Positions 1 through 10,614 of a stretch of DNA of 32,000 nt are shown piece by piece (position 1 is the first letter of the stretch; every line of letters starts with the position of its first letter). The translations under genes and the position numbers were made by a program. Source of the DNA: Bacillus subtilis subsp. subtilis str. 168 (lineage in GTDB: Bacteria; Bacillota; Bacilli; Bacillales; Bacillaceae); the NCBI RefSeq assembly GCF_000009045.1, contig NC_000964.3, positions 330,001 to 362,000 on the forward strand, written 5' to 3'. The notes below the pieces were generated by a model. That model was not told the origin of the DNA and searched no databases. It saw only the letters and a list, made by a program, of their open reading frames with translations.

Positions 1-739
<739 letters not shown>

Positions 740-770
740 CCGCAACTTTAGAGTAAAGGGCTGATTGTCA

Positions 771-2396
771 ATGTGGGAGCAGTTGTATGATCCGTTTGGA
801 AACGAGTATGTGAGCGCACTTGTGGCGCTCACTCCGATTCTCTTTTTTCTTTTGGCTTTAACTGTTTTGAAAATGAAAGGCATTCTTGCGGCATTTCTTA
901 CCCTAGCCGTCAGTTTCTTCGTCTCCGTTTGGGCATTTCATATGCCGGTTGAAAAAGCGATTTCTTCTGTTTTGTTAGGAATCGGGAGCGGGCTGTGGCC
1001 CATTGGCTACATCGTCCTGATGGCGGTGTGGCTGTATAAAATCGCCGTGAAAACCGGGAAATTTACCATTATTCGGTCCAGCATTGCCGGCATTTCGCCT
1101 GACCAACGATTACAGCTATTATTAATTGGTTTTTGTTTTAACGCGTTTTTAGAAGGCGCGGCCGGTTTTGGTGTTCCGATTGCGATTAGTGCGGCGCTGC
1201 TCGTCGAACTTGGTTTTAAACCGTTAAAAGCGGCGGCGCTCTGCTTGATTGCAAACGCTGCCTCCGGAGCCTTTGGGGCGATTGGGATTCCTGTCATCAC
1301 AGGGGCGCAGATTGGTGATTTGTCTGCTCTTGAGCTGTCTCGGACATTAATGTGGACACTGCCGATGATCTCATTTTTAATACCATTCCTGCTTGTATTC
1401 TTATTAGACCGAATGAAAGGAATCAAACAGACATGGCCCGCTCTTCTGGTTGTGAGCGGTGGGTATACAGCGGTTCAGACACTGACAATGGCGGTGCTCG
1501 GGCCGGAATTAGCAAACATTTTGGCGGCCTTATTCAGCATGGGCGGGCTTGCCCTCTTCCTCCGCAAATGGCAGCCGAAAGAGATTTACCGCGAGGAAGG
1601 GGCCGGCGATGCTGGTGAGAAAAAGGCATACCGTGCCGCTGACATTGCGAAAGCGTGGTCTCCTTTCTACATTTTAACTGCGGCGATCACCATCTGGAGC
1701 CTTCCTGCCTTCAAAGCGCTTTTCCAAGAAGGCGGGCTGTTATATCAATCAACGCTCCTGTTCAAAATGCCTTTTCTGCATCAGCAAATTATGAAAATGC
1801 CGCCGATTGCGCCATCTGCCATGCCGTTAGATGCAGTCTTTAAAGTTGATCTGCTGTCAGCGACTGGTACAGCGATTTTAGCGGCGGTCATCGTGACAGG
1901 GCTGTTCAGCAAAAAGTTCTCCTCTCGGGATGCCTTTGCTTCCTTGAAGGAGACGGGAAAAGAGCTGTGGGTGCCGATTATGACGATCTGCTTCGTGATG
2001 GGGTTTGCCAATCTGGCCAACTTCGCAGGGCTCAGCTCTTCAATTGGGTTAGCATTGGCGAAAACAGGAGACCTGTTCCCGTTTGTCAGTCCTGTTCTCG
2101 GCTGGATTGGCGTGTTCATCACCGGTTCTGTTGTCAGCAATAATGCTTTGTTCGGCCATTTGCAGGTTGTCACGGGAGCGCAGATCGGTGCGGGTTCAGA
2201 TTTGCTGTTAGCCGCAAATACGGCGGGCGGTGTCATGGCGAAACTTGTTTCTCCTCAATCTATCGCCATCGCTGCCGCAGCGGTCGGCCAAACAGGCAAG
2301 GAATCTAAACTGTTTAAAAGGACAGTGGCGTACAGCCTGATTCTGTTATTGATCATTTGTATATGGACGTTTATTCTTGCAAGATTAGGAGTGTAA
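771..2396 (+). CDS. lctP: L-lactate permease (LctP family)
   Basis: 543-aa ORF with many hydrophobic segments. LctP-like sequence [26 protein letters not shown] at 771 has better spacing from AAAGGG than TTG at 765. Confidence 0.95.
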
Positions 2397-2400
2397 TAGA

Positions 2401-2437
2401 AAAAAGCAGTACATGCCCAGCATGTACTGCTTTTTTT
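2401..2437. terminator. Bidirectional intrinsic terminator between convergent lctP and bmr3/mdr
   Basis: AAAAA-GCAGTACATG-cccag-CATGTACTGC-TTTTTTT: perfect 10-bp stem flanked by an A-run and a T-run. Confidence 0.93.
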
Positions 2438-2440
2438 ATG

Positions 2441-3979
2441 TTAATTTGCTTTCTTTGTCATTTCGGCTGTTGTTTTCACTCTGGCTTTTCCCATAAATAA
2501 AATGGTAACCGCCGCGAGGACAATTGGAATCAAAGCGAGCAAAAAGACATACGTGATACTTGATGACATCGCGTCAATAATGCGATTCAGGATCGCATCA
2601 GGAATCTGGGAACGTGTTCCCGCTTGGAATATCTCCTGCGGGTCGCCAATATTTTGCGCAGCGCCTGATCCCGCTGAGCCTTTCATACCGCTGAAGGCGT
2701 CATTCAGCTTGTTTGTGAATACGTTTGTTTGCACCGTTCCGAAAATGGTGACACCTAAGGTCATGCCAAATGATCGCAAAAATGAATTTGTAGAGTTTGC
2801 CGTTCCCCGAAAGCGAGGTTCAAGATCATTCATCGATGCCGCCGGCAGCAGGGAGAAGTTAAAGCCTACACCAAAGCCTGAAATCATCATAAAGACTGTC
2901 AGCCATACCCGTGCTGTGTCAGGCGTCATATTGGAAAGAAGCAGCATGCCGATAAAGAAAGCTATAACAGATATCAGCATCAAATTGCGGAAGCTTGCCT
3001 TCGTTTGGAAGATCCCGCCGATCATGCTTCCGATGACTGATCCAATCATCATCGGCGTCAGAATGAAGCCCGCGCTTGTCGCCGAGCTGCCGTAGACCGC
3101 CTGAACGAAAATCGGAATAAATACCGCTAAAATAATAAATGTTCCGCCATACAGGAAAGCGAGAATCTGTGCTGTGGCAAACAAGCGGTTCTTAAACATC
3201 CAGAAAGAAATAATCGGCTCTTCTGCTTTTCTCTCCACAATAAAAAAGGCAATGAAGAAAACGGCGAATACAATAAACAGCCCGATGATCTGAATGGAGT
3301 TCCAATCGTATGTTTTGCCGCCAAGCTCAAGGGCGAACATCAGGCATACAATGGATACGACTAAGGTAATCGCGCCGCCCCAGTCTATTTTCTGCTTTCT
3401 GTGCTCCAGAGATTCTTTGTAGTAGCGAATAATGAAAAACAATGACAATGCGCCGATCGGCACATTGATGTAAAACACCCAGTGCCAGCTGATCGAATCT
3501 GTAATGATCGCGCCTAAGAGCGGACCAAGAACACTGGATAATCCAAATACAGCACCGAACATGCCGGACATTTTTCCGCGTTTTTCCGGCGGAAACAAAT
3601 CAAAGATAATGGTAAAGGCAATCGGCAGGAGCGCGCCGCCTCCGATCCCTTGAATGGCCCGGAAGATGATCAGCTGATTCATCGTCTGGGCAATCCCGCA
3701 TAAAGCAGAACCGATTAAGAAAAAAATAAGTCCAAACAGGAAAAAACGTTTTCGGCCGTACATATCGGAAAGCTTGCCGTAAATCGGCATGCCAGCCATA
3801 ACCGCCACCATATAGGATGCCGTCACCCAGGCAAATTTATCGAAGCTTCCAAGATCGGCTACGATATTGCCCATCGCGGTGGCAACAATCGTATTGTCCA
3901 TTGCAGACATCAAGATGCCCAGCAGGAGACCGAGGACCACAAATTTGGTGGAAGCCTGTTTTGCTGTTGTTGTGTCCAT
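2441..3979 (-). CDS. bmr3: MFS multidrug efflux transporter (DHA2/EmrB-like, Bmr3)
   Basis: 512-aa ORF, MFS motifs GKLSDMYGRKRFF and AIQGIGGGALLPIAF. Recognised as B. subtilis Bmr3/Mdr. Confidence 0.93.
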   Translation of the reverse strand: MDTTTAKQASTKFVVLGLLLGILMSAMDNTIVATAMGNIVADLGSFDKFAWVTASYMVAVMAGMPIYGKLSDMYGRKRFFLFGLIFFLIGSALCGIAQTMNQLIIFRAIQGIGGGALLPIAFTIIFDLFPPEKRGKMSGMFGAVFGLSSVLGPLLGAIITDSISWHWVFYINVPIGALSLFFIIRYYKESLEHRKQKIDWGGAITLVVSIVCLMFALELGGKTYDWNSIQIIGLFIVFAVFFIAFFIVERKAEEPIISFWMFKNRLFATAQILAFLYGGTFIILAVFIPIFVQAVYGSSATSAGFILTPMMIGSVIGSMIGGIFQTKASFRNLMLISVIAFFIGMLLLSNMTPDTARVWLTVFMMISGFGVGFNFSLLPAASMNDLEPRFRGTANSTNSFLRSFGMTLGVTIFGTVQTNVFTNKLNDAFSGMKGSAGSGAAQNIGDPQEIFQAGTRSQIPDAILNRIIDAMSSSITYVFLLALIPIVLAAVTILFMGKARVKTTAEMTKKAN

Positions 3980-4044
3980 TTGTTCTACCTCCTCTTACTT
4001 TTCTATGTAAGTTCTGATATCATGATAATAGTTTGATTGTTGAA

Positions 4045-4063
4045 TATCTCGATTATCAAGATA
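4045..4063. promoter_or_regulatory. Candidate MarR-family operator between divergent bmr3 and ycgE
   Basis: Near-perfect 19-bp palindrome TATCTCGATTATCAAGATA in the intergenic region, next to a MarR-type gene. Confidence 0.45.
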
Positions 4064-4091
4064 AACTCGATTTTATAGGGAGGACTGTCAG

Positions 4092-4556
4092 TTGTCAACA
4101 AGAAATTCCAGAAGTGAGTTGGAAAAGACTGCTGTTCAGCTTTTTCGAAAACTGGGCACAAGAACGGTTCTGTTTCATCAGGCAGCCGCTCAAGCTCTCG
4201 GTCTGTTTCCCACCGATTTGAAATCAGCTGACATTTTAAATGAAGCAGGGCCGATGACGGCCGGAGAGCTGGGGAAAAAAACCGGCCTCAGCACGGGTTC
4301 CGTCACGGCGCTTGTTGACCGGCTGGAAAAAGCGGGGTATGTGGCTCGTGAAAAGGACCCGAACGATCGCAGGAGAGTCGTAATCGTCCCTTTGACTGCT
4401 TCGAAAAAACATATAAAGGATTTGTTCCGTCCTCTGTCTGAGTCAACGATGGATTTGTGCCGCGAATATACGGAAGAGGAGCTGGAACTCATTTTCAGTT
4501 TTGTAGGCAAAGCTGCCGATATTATGGAGGAAGAGCTTGAACGTCTGAAACAGTAA
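4092..4556 (+). CDS. ycgE: MarR-family transcriptional regulator
   Basis: 154-aa ORF with winged-helix pattern (MTAGELGKKTGLSTGSVTALVDRLEKAGYVAREKDPNDRR). Confidence 0.93.
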   Translation: MSTRNSRSELEKTAVQLFRKLGTRTVLFHQAAAQALGLFPTDLKSADILNEAGPMTAGELGKKTGLSTGSVTALVDRLEKAGYVAREKDPNDRRRVVIVPLTASKKHIKDLFRPLSESTMDLCREYTEEELELIFSFVGKAADIMEEELERLKQ

Positions 4557-4629
4557 GTGAATTTGTGCATAGCTTGGCCCGTTCCCGAATAAATTGTACA
4601 AGTTACATAAGAGAAGGGAGTACGGGCCG

Positions 4630-5259
4630 GTGAACATTTTTTTGAGCTATATTGTGCTGGGACTGTCCTTGTCTGCGCCTGTGGGGCCAGTGAATGCGGC
4701 GCAAATAGACAAAGGAATTAAAAACGGTTTTTGGCATGCATGGATTTTCGGTTTAGGCGCCATGACAGCGGATGGGCTGTACATGCTTTTTATCTATTTC
4801 GGGCTGTCGCAGTTCTTGACCGCTCCATTTGTGAAAACGTTTTTGTGGCTGTTCGGCTTTTTTGTCCTGACCTATACCGGAATTGAAACGCTGAAAAACG
4901 TCAGAGAACCGATGGATGTGCGAAGCTCGCGGGGGAAACCGTCATACAGGAAAACATTCGCATCGGGTTTTCTCATTTCATTGTCAAACCCATTGAGCAT
5001 CCTTTTTTGGCTTGGAATTTACGGAAGCATTCTTGCGAAAACAGCAGAGGCCTACAATATGAATCAGCTTCTAATCTATAGCTCCGGCATCATGATCGGC
5101 ATTTTAATCTGGGATTTCTGCATGGCTATCACAGCCAGTACGTTCAGAAACCTGCTTCATGAAAAGCTATTGAGAGGATTGACCGGAATCGCCGGTGTAT
5201 CCCTCCTTGTGTTTGGCTTTTACTTTGGTTATCAGGGCATCAAACAGTTATTGGGCTGA
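4630..5259 (+). CDS. ycgF: LysE/RhtB-family amino-acid exporter
   Basis: In-frame GTG at 4630 preceded by GAAGGGAG. Membrane protein with LysE signature (GLSLSAPVGPVNAAQIDKG). Confidence 0.88.
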   Translation: MNIFLSYIVLGLSLSAPVGPVNAAQIDKGIKNGFWHAWIFGLGAMTADGLYMLFIYFGLSQFLTAPFVKTFLWLFGFFVLTYTGIETLKNVREPMDVRSSRGKPSYRKTFASGFLISLSNPLSILFWLGIYGSILAKTAEAYNMNQLLIYSSGIMIGILIWDFCMAITASTFRNLLHEKLLRGLTGIAGVSLLVFGFYFGYQGIKQLLG

Positions 5260-5328
5260 TTCATGAAGGACAGTCACCTGCCGCTTCCAGTTTTAATATA
5301 GTATCCAGATGATACTGGAGGTGGATCA

Positions 5329-6090
5329 ATGGTGAATGGGATTTACACCAAAAGTTTTCTGGAACGTATTCAGGAAGAGCTTCCTGAATGGCAAAGAATC
5401 GCTTTTGAGCTGCTGGCAGAAACTCTGGGGGACGACGCGGATACATTTCCGTGCATTCCCGGACGCCAGGCGTTTCTGACTGATCAGCTTCGGATTGCTT
5501 TTGCCGGAGATCCGCGGGAAAACCGCACAGCGGAGGAACTGGCTCCGTTGCTTGCGGAGTACGGCAAGATATCGCGGGACACGGGAAAATACGCATCCCT
5601 CGTTGTGTTGTTTGATACACCGGAAGATTTGGCGGAGCATTATTCGATTGAAGCGTATGAAGAGCTGTTTTGGCGCTTTTTAAATAGACTGAGTCATCAA
5701 GACGAAAAAGAATGGCCGGAAGACATTCCGGCCGATCCTGAGCATTATAAATGGGAGTTTTGTTTTGACGGCGAGCCGTATTTCATTCTGTGCGCTACAC
5801 CGGGGCACGAGGCAAGAAGAAGCCGGAGCTTTCCTTTTTTTATGGTCACGTTTCAGCCAAGGTGGGTGTTTGATGACCTAAATGGATCAACTGCATTTGG
5901 CCGTAACATGAGCAGGCTGATCCGATCTCGTTTAGAGGCCTATGATCAGGCTCCGATTCACCCGCAATTAGGCTGGTACGGAGGAAAAGATAATCGTGAA
6001 TGGAAGCAGTATTTCCTCCGTGATGACGAAAAACAGGTATCGAAGTGCCCGTTTTCTTATTTAAAGAACATGTTCAACAAAATGAAATAA
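5329..6090 (+). CDS. ycgG: YqcI/YcgG family protein
   Basis: 253-aa ORF with GGAGGTGG just upstream of the ATG. Matches the YqcI/YcgG family from memory and genomic context. Confidence 0.87.
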   Translation: MVNGIYTKSFLERIQEELPEWQRIAFELLAETLGDDADTFPCIPGRQAFLTDQLRIAFAGDPRENRTAEELAPLLAEYGKISRDTGKYASLVVLFDTPEDLAEHYSIEAYEELFWRFLNRLSHQDEKEWPEDIPADPEHYKWEFCFDGEPYFILCATPGHEARRSRSFPFFMVTFQPRWVFDDLNGSTAFGRNMSRLIRSRLEAYDQAPIHPQLGWYGGKDNREWKQYFLRDDEKQVSKCPFSYLKNMFNKMK

Positions 6091-6091
6091 A

Positions 6092-7432
6092 TCAAGGACT
6101 GGCAGGGCGATCTTTATGACCCTGCTTTTTTTGATAGATCATGGTAACGATGGCGATAATCACGAGAAAACCTATGCTGACGAAAAAACCGGGCCGGCTT
6201 GATTTTTCAAACAATGTACCGGACACAGCTGCAGCAATCAGAACCATCGCTAAATAAATTTGCGTTTTTCCCATGCCCTCGGGATCAGTCAGCTTTTTGC
6301 TGGAGAACAGGATAAACAGCCAAGTGTATAAAAGCATAAGCCCCGCAGCTGTTGTCATATGCTCATAAATGTTTTTAGGCAGCACTAACGACAAAATAAT
6401 GGAGAGGACAAGCCCCGCAAACGTCAGCCCAAGTGCCGGCCAGCATATTTTTTTGCCTTCCTTTAGAGTAAAGCATTTCGGCGCGTCGCCGTCATCAGCC
6501 ATTGTACAAAGCAATGTCGTAACCGCAAATAGCGAAGCGACAAGGGTCGAGAACCCTGCGATGATGAAAATCCCGTTAAATATATCAAGGATGATCTCAA
6601 GGTTATATCCTTTTAATGACGTAATGAACGGACTGTCCTGTTCAGTAAACGTGTGTAACGGAACCAAAAGCAGAGCAAGCCCGATTGAAATGATATAAAT
6701 AATCGCCAGCGTCGCCAGCATCAGTTTCCCTGATTTAGACGCTTCCTCAGGTTTTTTTAAGTGAACCGCCATCAGCCCCATGACCTCAATTCCGCCAAAA
6801 GCGTAAAACGCGTAGATTAAACCTGTCCACAGCCCCATGGCGCCGTATGGGAAAAACTCACTCGTCTTATTTGGAACATGTATGCCATGATTTCCGCCGG
6901 ACAGGATACCGCATAAAGCCAGGATGGCAATGACAATAAACATAAAAATAGCAGCTGTTTTAATGACTGCCAGCACGTTTTCTGTTTTTTCAAAGACGGA
7001 CAGGCCGGTGAAAATAATAAGGAGCCCAAGTACTGCGTAGATTGAGGCAAACACCCATAGCGGCACTTGAGGAAACCAATGCTTCGTAAAGAGCGAAATG
7101 GCTGTCAGCTGGCTTCCGGTAATCAGCATTTCTGATGTCCAGTACACCCAGCCGTTGCTGAAGCCTGCCCATTTGCCGAATGCTTTTCGGGCATACGCAC
7201 AAAACGAGCCCTTTTCCGGCTGCTTCGCCGATAGCTTGGCGAGCTGTTCAAAGACAAAATACGTACCGATCCCTGCGATCAGAAATGAAAGGAGAACGGA
7301 AAAACCGCTTTTTACAATTGCGATGCTGGAACCGAGAAAGAAGCCTGTTCCAATCGTGCAGCCGACTCCGATCAGTGACAGCTGCCACCAAGCCAGATTC
7401 CCTTTTGGCTGGTCTTTTTTTGTTTGGCTCAT
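6092..7432 (-). CDS. ycgH: Amino acid permease (APC superfamily)
   Basis: 446-aa ORF with APC-type N-terminus (WWQLSLIGVGCTIGTGFFLGSSIAI) and many hydrophobic segments. Confidence 0.9.
   Translation of the reverse strand: MSQTKKDQPKGNLAWWQLSLIGVGCTIGTGFFLGSSIAIVKSGFSVLLSFLIAGIGTYFVFEQLAKLSAKQPEKGSFCAYARKAFGKWAGFSNGWVYWTSEMLITGSQLTAISLFTKHWFPQVPLWVFASIYAVLGLLIIFTGLSVFEKTENVLAVIKTAAIFMFIVIAILALCGILSGGNHGIHVPNKTSEFFPYGAMGLWTGLIYAFYAFGGIEVMGLMAVHLKKPEEASKSGKLMLATLAIIYIISIGLALLLVPLHTFTEQDSPFITSLKGYNLEIILDIFNGIFIIAGFSTLVASLFAVTTLLCTMADDGDAPKCFTLKEGKKICWPALGLTFAGLVLSIILSLVLPKNIYEHMTTAAGLMLLYTWLFILFSSKKLTDPEGMGKTQIYLAMVLIAAAVSGTLFEKSSRPGFFVSIGFLVIIAIVTMIYQKKQGHKDRPASP
6102..6131 (+). terminator. Intrinsic terminator of ycgG, lying inside the 3' end of ycgH
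   Basis: GCAGGG-cgatctttatga-CCCTGC-TTTTTTT. Confidence 0.7.
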
Positions 7433-7561
7433 TATTTATTCAACCCCTTTTATCTAAGGTTAGATTGTGATCTGTCCAAAGCTTATATACATCGGATTTT
7501 TGCCTCTTTTTACATGGAGAAGGAAGCAGACGCTCATACTAATGAAAAAAGGAGCAAACCA

Positions 7562-8158
7562 ATGACACAGCAATATATTGTGGAGCCGAAAAAAGGGCTT
7601 GGGCTGAAGCTGAAAAAGGGGCAGATTTTAAAGGTGGTTGATGTAGAAGGGCAGCAGGTGGCTGATTTTGTCGCATACCATGCCAAGGATTTTTATGAAC
7701 ACCTTGATCAGGGAGCGACGATAGACGCCAATCACTCCATTCATGTGAAGGTCAACGACCATCTCTACTCCAACCTGTATAAGCCGATGTTAACCCTGAT
7801 TGAAGATACGGTCGGCAAGCATGATCTGCTGTTGCCCGCCTGCCGTCCTGATATGAACAGGCTCTTATATGGGAAGCAAAAGGATGAGTTTCAGGATACG
7901 TGCTATGACAATATGAACCGTGCGCTTGAGCAGTTTGGCGTACCGAAGCCCCACATGCATTACCCATTTGCGATTTTTATGAATACTGTCCTTGATGAGA
8001 AAGGGAATCTGTCTGTGGAAACGCCGCTTTCGAATGCCGGAGATTATGTAAGGCTCAGGGCGGAGATGGATTTAATTGTCGCGTTTTCTTCCTGCCCGAT
8101 TGAAAAAGGGAAATGCAATGGCGACAGTGTGACATCCATACGGGTTGAAGTCAGCTGA
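7562..8158 (+). CDS. ycgI: DUF1989 / urea carboxylase-associated family protein
   Basis: ATG at 7562 preceded by AAAAAAGGAGC gives 198 aa (MTQQYIVEPKKGLGLKLKKGQILKVVDVEGQQVADFVAY...), characteristic of the family. Confidence 0.85.
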   Translation: MTQQYIVEPKKGLGLKLKKGQILKVVDVEGQQVADFVAYHAKDFYEHLDQGATIDANHSIHVKVNDHLYSNLYKPMLTLIEDTVGKHDLLLPACRPDMNRLLYGKQKDEFQDTCYDNMNRALEQFGVPKPHMHYPFAIFMNTVLDEKGNLSVETPLSNAGDYVRLRAEMDLIVAFSSCPIEKGKCNGDSVTSIRVEVS

Positions 8159-8220
8159 TCTCTCTTGTTCACAGTGAATGAAGACCTGTGCTATATTTAA
8201 TAGGGATACATAACAGTCAT

Positions 8221-8246
8221 GATTCATTTTCATTGATTTAGGGAAA
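8221..8246 (+). promoter_or_regulatory. Candidate sigma-B promoter of nadE
   Basis: GATTCA-N14-GGGAAA, close to the sigma-B consensus (GTTTAA-N12-15-GGGWAW). NadE is known as a sigma-B dependent general stress protein. Confidence 0.55.
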
Positions 8247-8287
8247 TGATCAGTAATAAGGGAAAATGTACAGGAGGAATGATTGGG

Positions 8288-9106
8288 ATGAGCATGCAGG
8301 AAAAGATTATGCGTGAGTTACATGTGAAGCCCTCAATTGATCCAAAGCAAGAAATTGAGGACCGAGTCAATTTTTTAAAACAATATGTAAAGAAAACCGG
8401 TGCTAAAGGCTTTGTATTGGGAATCAGCGGGGGCCAGGATTCAACACTTGCGGGAAGACTCGCTCAGCTTGCGGTGGAGAGCATTCGCGAGGAGGGCGGA
8501 GACGCTCAATTTATCGCGGTCCGTCTTCCGCATGGCACACAGCAGGATGAAGACGATGCCCAGCTTGCTTTGAAGTTTATTAAGCCGGATAAATCATGGA
8601 AGTTTGATATTAAATCGACAGTCAGCGCTTTTTCTGATCAGTATCAGCAGGAAACAGGCGATCAGCTGACGGACTTTAATAAAGGAAACGTAAAAGCAAG
8701 AACAAGAATGATCGCGCAATACGCGATCGGCGGCCAGGAAGGTCTTCTTGTGTTAGGAACAGACCATGCTGCTGAAGCAGTGACTGGTTTCTTTACGAAG
8801 TACGGTGACGGCGGAGCAGACCTCCTGCCGCTGACAGGCTTGACGAAGCGCCAGGGAAGAACCTTGCTGAAAGAGCTGGGTGCACCGGAACGCTTATACT
8901 TAAAAGAACCGACTGCCGATCTGCTCGACGAAAAACCGCAGCAGTCGGATGAAACAGAGCTTGGCATTTCCTACGACGAGATTGACGATTATCTCGAAGG
9001 AAAAGAAGTATCAGCGAAAGTATCAGAAGCGCTGGAAAAACGCTACAGCATGACTGAACATAAACGCCAGGTTCCGGCGTCTATGTTTGATGACTGGTGG
9101 AAATAA
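8288..9106 (+). CDS. nadE: NH3-dependent NAD+ synthetase
   Basis: 272 aa from ATG 8288, AGGAGG upstream. PP-loop motif [16 protein letters not shown]. Matches B. subtilis NadE/OutB. Confidence 0.97.
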
Positions 9107-9113
9107 GTTGAAG

Positions 9114-9139
9114 AAAGCCCGCTCTCGGAGCGGGCTTTT
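9114..9139 (+). terminator. Intrinsic terminator of nadE (also oriented towards the tmrB 3' end)
   Basis: AAAGCCCGCTC-tcg-GAGCGGGCTTTT. Confidence 0.9.
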
Positions 9140-9155
9140 GTCGTGTACAGAAGCT

Positions 9156-9749
9156 TTATTTGATGCGGATATGATTCAGCTTTACCATTAATCTGTCGGC
9201 GAACCTTCGGAGGCTGCCTCTTGTATCAGGATCTAATGGGAGTTCGGCTCTCGCGGCAATGTTCTCTGCCACATCCTGAATCGACAGGTTGTCTGTTTGA
9301 ATGTGGTCCTCAAAAATGGGTGATGATAATCCTTCAACACAGCGGTCAATTTGTTTGGCGGCCCATGAGTTTTTTCCTTCTGCTCTGGTGCGCAGCCTTT
9401 TTAACAAGGTTTCCTTTGAAGCCATTAGTGTAAAGTGGTGAACGATCCTGCCTTCCTGTCTGAGCCTGCCGATGATCTCATTGAAGTATTCAGGGTGTAC
9501 AATCGTCATAGGCACAATAAGGATGCCGCGGTATGTATCTGTCAGAGAAGCTAGCAAACTGTAATTGAACGCCCGCCATAAAGGATAGCTTTGAAAATCG
9601 TCCTTTGCGATCTCCTGCGGCACCATGGAGCGCAGCGCAAAACCCATTTTCTCGGGATCATACACGTAAGATGGGTTCAGCCTTCTGTGCAGTTCGAAGG
9701 CTGTTTGTGTTTTTCCCGAACCGAATGCCCCGTTTATCCAAATGATCAT
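9156..9749 (-). CDS. tmrB: Tunicamycin resistance protein, ATP-binding
   Basis: In-frame ATG at 9749 gives 197 aa ([23 protein letters not shown]...), with Walker A GAFGSGKT. Recognised as TmrB. Confidence 0.95.
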
Positions 9750-9933
9750 CGCCATTTCTCCCTTCCTATTTATCATACAGAAAAAGACCCTTCCATCGAA
9801 GAGTCAGCTGGAAAAACAATAAAGGCGGAAGGTTTTAACGCTTTTTTGCGTCGAAGTATTAAAATACCTGCAGAAATGTTGTACAATGAATGTCATTCAG
9901 GCAAAAATGGCTACAACAAAGCGCACTATAAGC

Positions 9934-9962
9934 TTGACCGGTAAAGCCGGTATCTATATAAA
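9934..9962 (+). promoter_or_regulatory. Candidate sigma-A promoter of aroK
   Basis: TTGACC-N17-TATAAA, upstream of the aroK ribosome binding site. Confidence 0.6.
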
Positions 9963-10024
9963 TATTCGCTAAATAAGCATATAATGAATATATAATTTCA
10001 TTCCTTAGGAGGATTTCGCCGAAG

Positions 10025-10585
10025 ATGAACGCTAAACGAGCCATCCCAGTAAGAGAAAGAAATATCGTCCTGATCGGATTCATGGGTGTAGGAAAAACAA
10101 CAATCGGCCAATTGGTCGCTAAAAAATTATATAGAGATTTTATTGATATTGACCAGCAGATCGAAAAGGATTTCAATATGTCAATTCCTGAGATATTTGA
10201 GAAAAAGGGAGAAGACTTTTTCCGGAAAACGGAGAAGGAATATATTTTAGACATCTGCCATCATAAACGATTCAAAATCGTATCTCTGGGCGGGGGATCT
10301 TTTAAACAAGAAGAAATCAGAAATTGCTGTCTGGAAAACTGTCTCGTGCTTCATCTGGACCTGTCATGGGAGAACTGGAAGCAGCGCGCGGATTTATTGA
10401 TCGAAAGCCGCCCTGTACTGCATAACCGTTCAATGGATGAAATGGAACAGCTGTTTAACGAAAGAAAAGTCATTTATGACAAGCACAATTCAAAAGTGGC
10501 AACAGACAACCTTTCCCCGGAAGAGGTTGCCGATTACATTGTTGAGACATTAAAAATTGGCTGGGATCTTTATCAGCCGATGTAA
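10025..10585 (+). CDS. aroK: Shikimate kinase
   Basis: 186-aa ORF, Walker A GFMGVGKTT, shikimate kinase motif and AGGAGG upstream. Confidence 0.96.
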   Translation: MNAKRAIPVRERNIVLIGFMGVGKTTIGQLVAKKLYRDFIDIDQQIEKDFNMSIPEIFEKKGEDFFRKTEKEYILDICHHKRFKIVSLGGGSFKQEEIRNCCLENCLVLHLDLSWENWKQRADLLIESRPVLHNRSMDEMEQLFNERKVIYDKHNSKVATDNLSPEEVADYIVETLKIGWDLYQPM

Positions 10586-10614
10586 AAAGCCGTGCGCAGC
10601 GCACGGCTTTTTTT
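10584..10614 (+). terminator. Intrinsic terminator of aroK
   Basis: AAAAAGCCGTGCGC-a-GCGCACGGCTTTTTTT. The T-run overlaps the stop codon of convergent ycgJ. Confidence 0.9.

Noticed and set aside
4190-4570. 126-aa minus-strand ORF opposite ycgE, and similar antisense ORFs across the window (e.g. 1781-2236, 5261-5620, 17549-18034)
   Set aside because: They mirror codon bias of well-supported genes on the other strand, have Ser/Arg-rich non-protein-like composition and show no recognisable domain.
7424-7561. N-terminal extension of the ycgI ORF (MAHYLFNPFYLRLDCDLSKAY...), overlapping ycgH
   Set aside because: A good ribosome binding site precedes the internal ATG at 7562, and the recognisable family sequence starts there.
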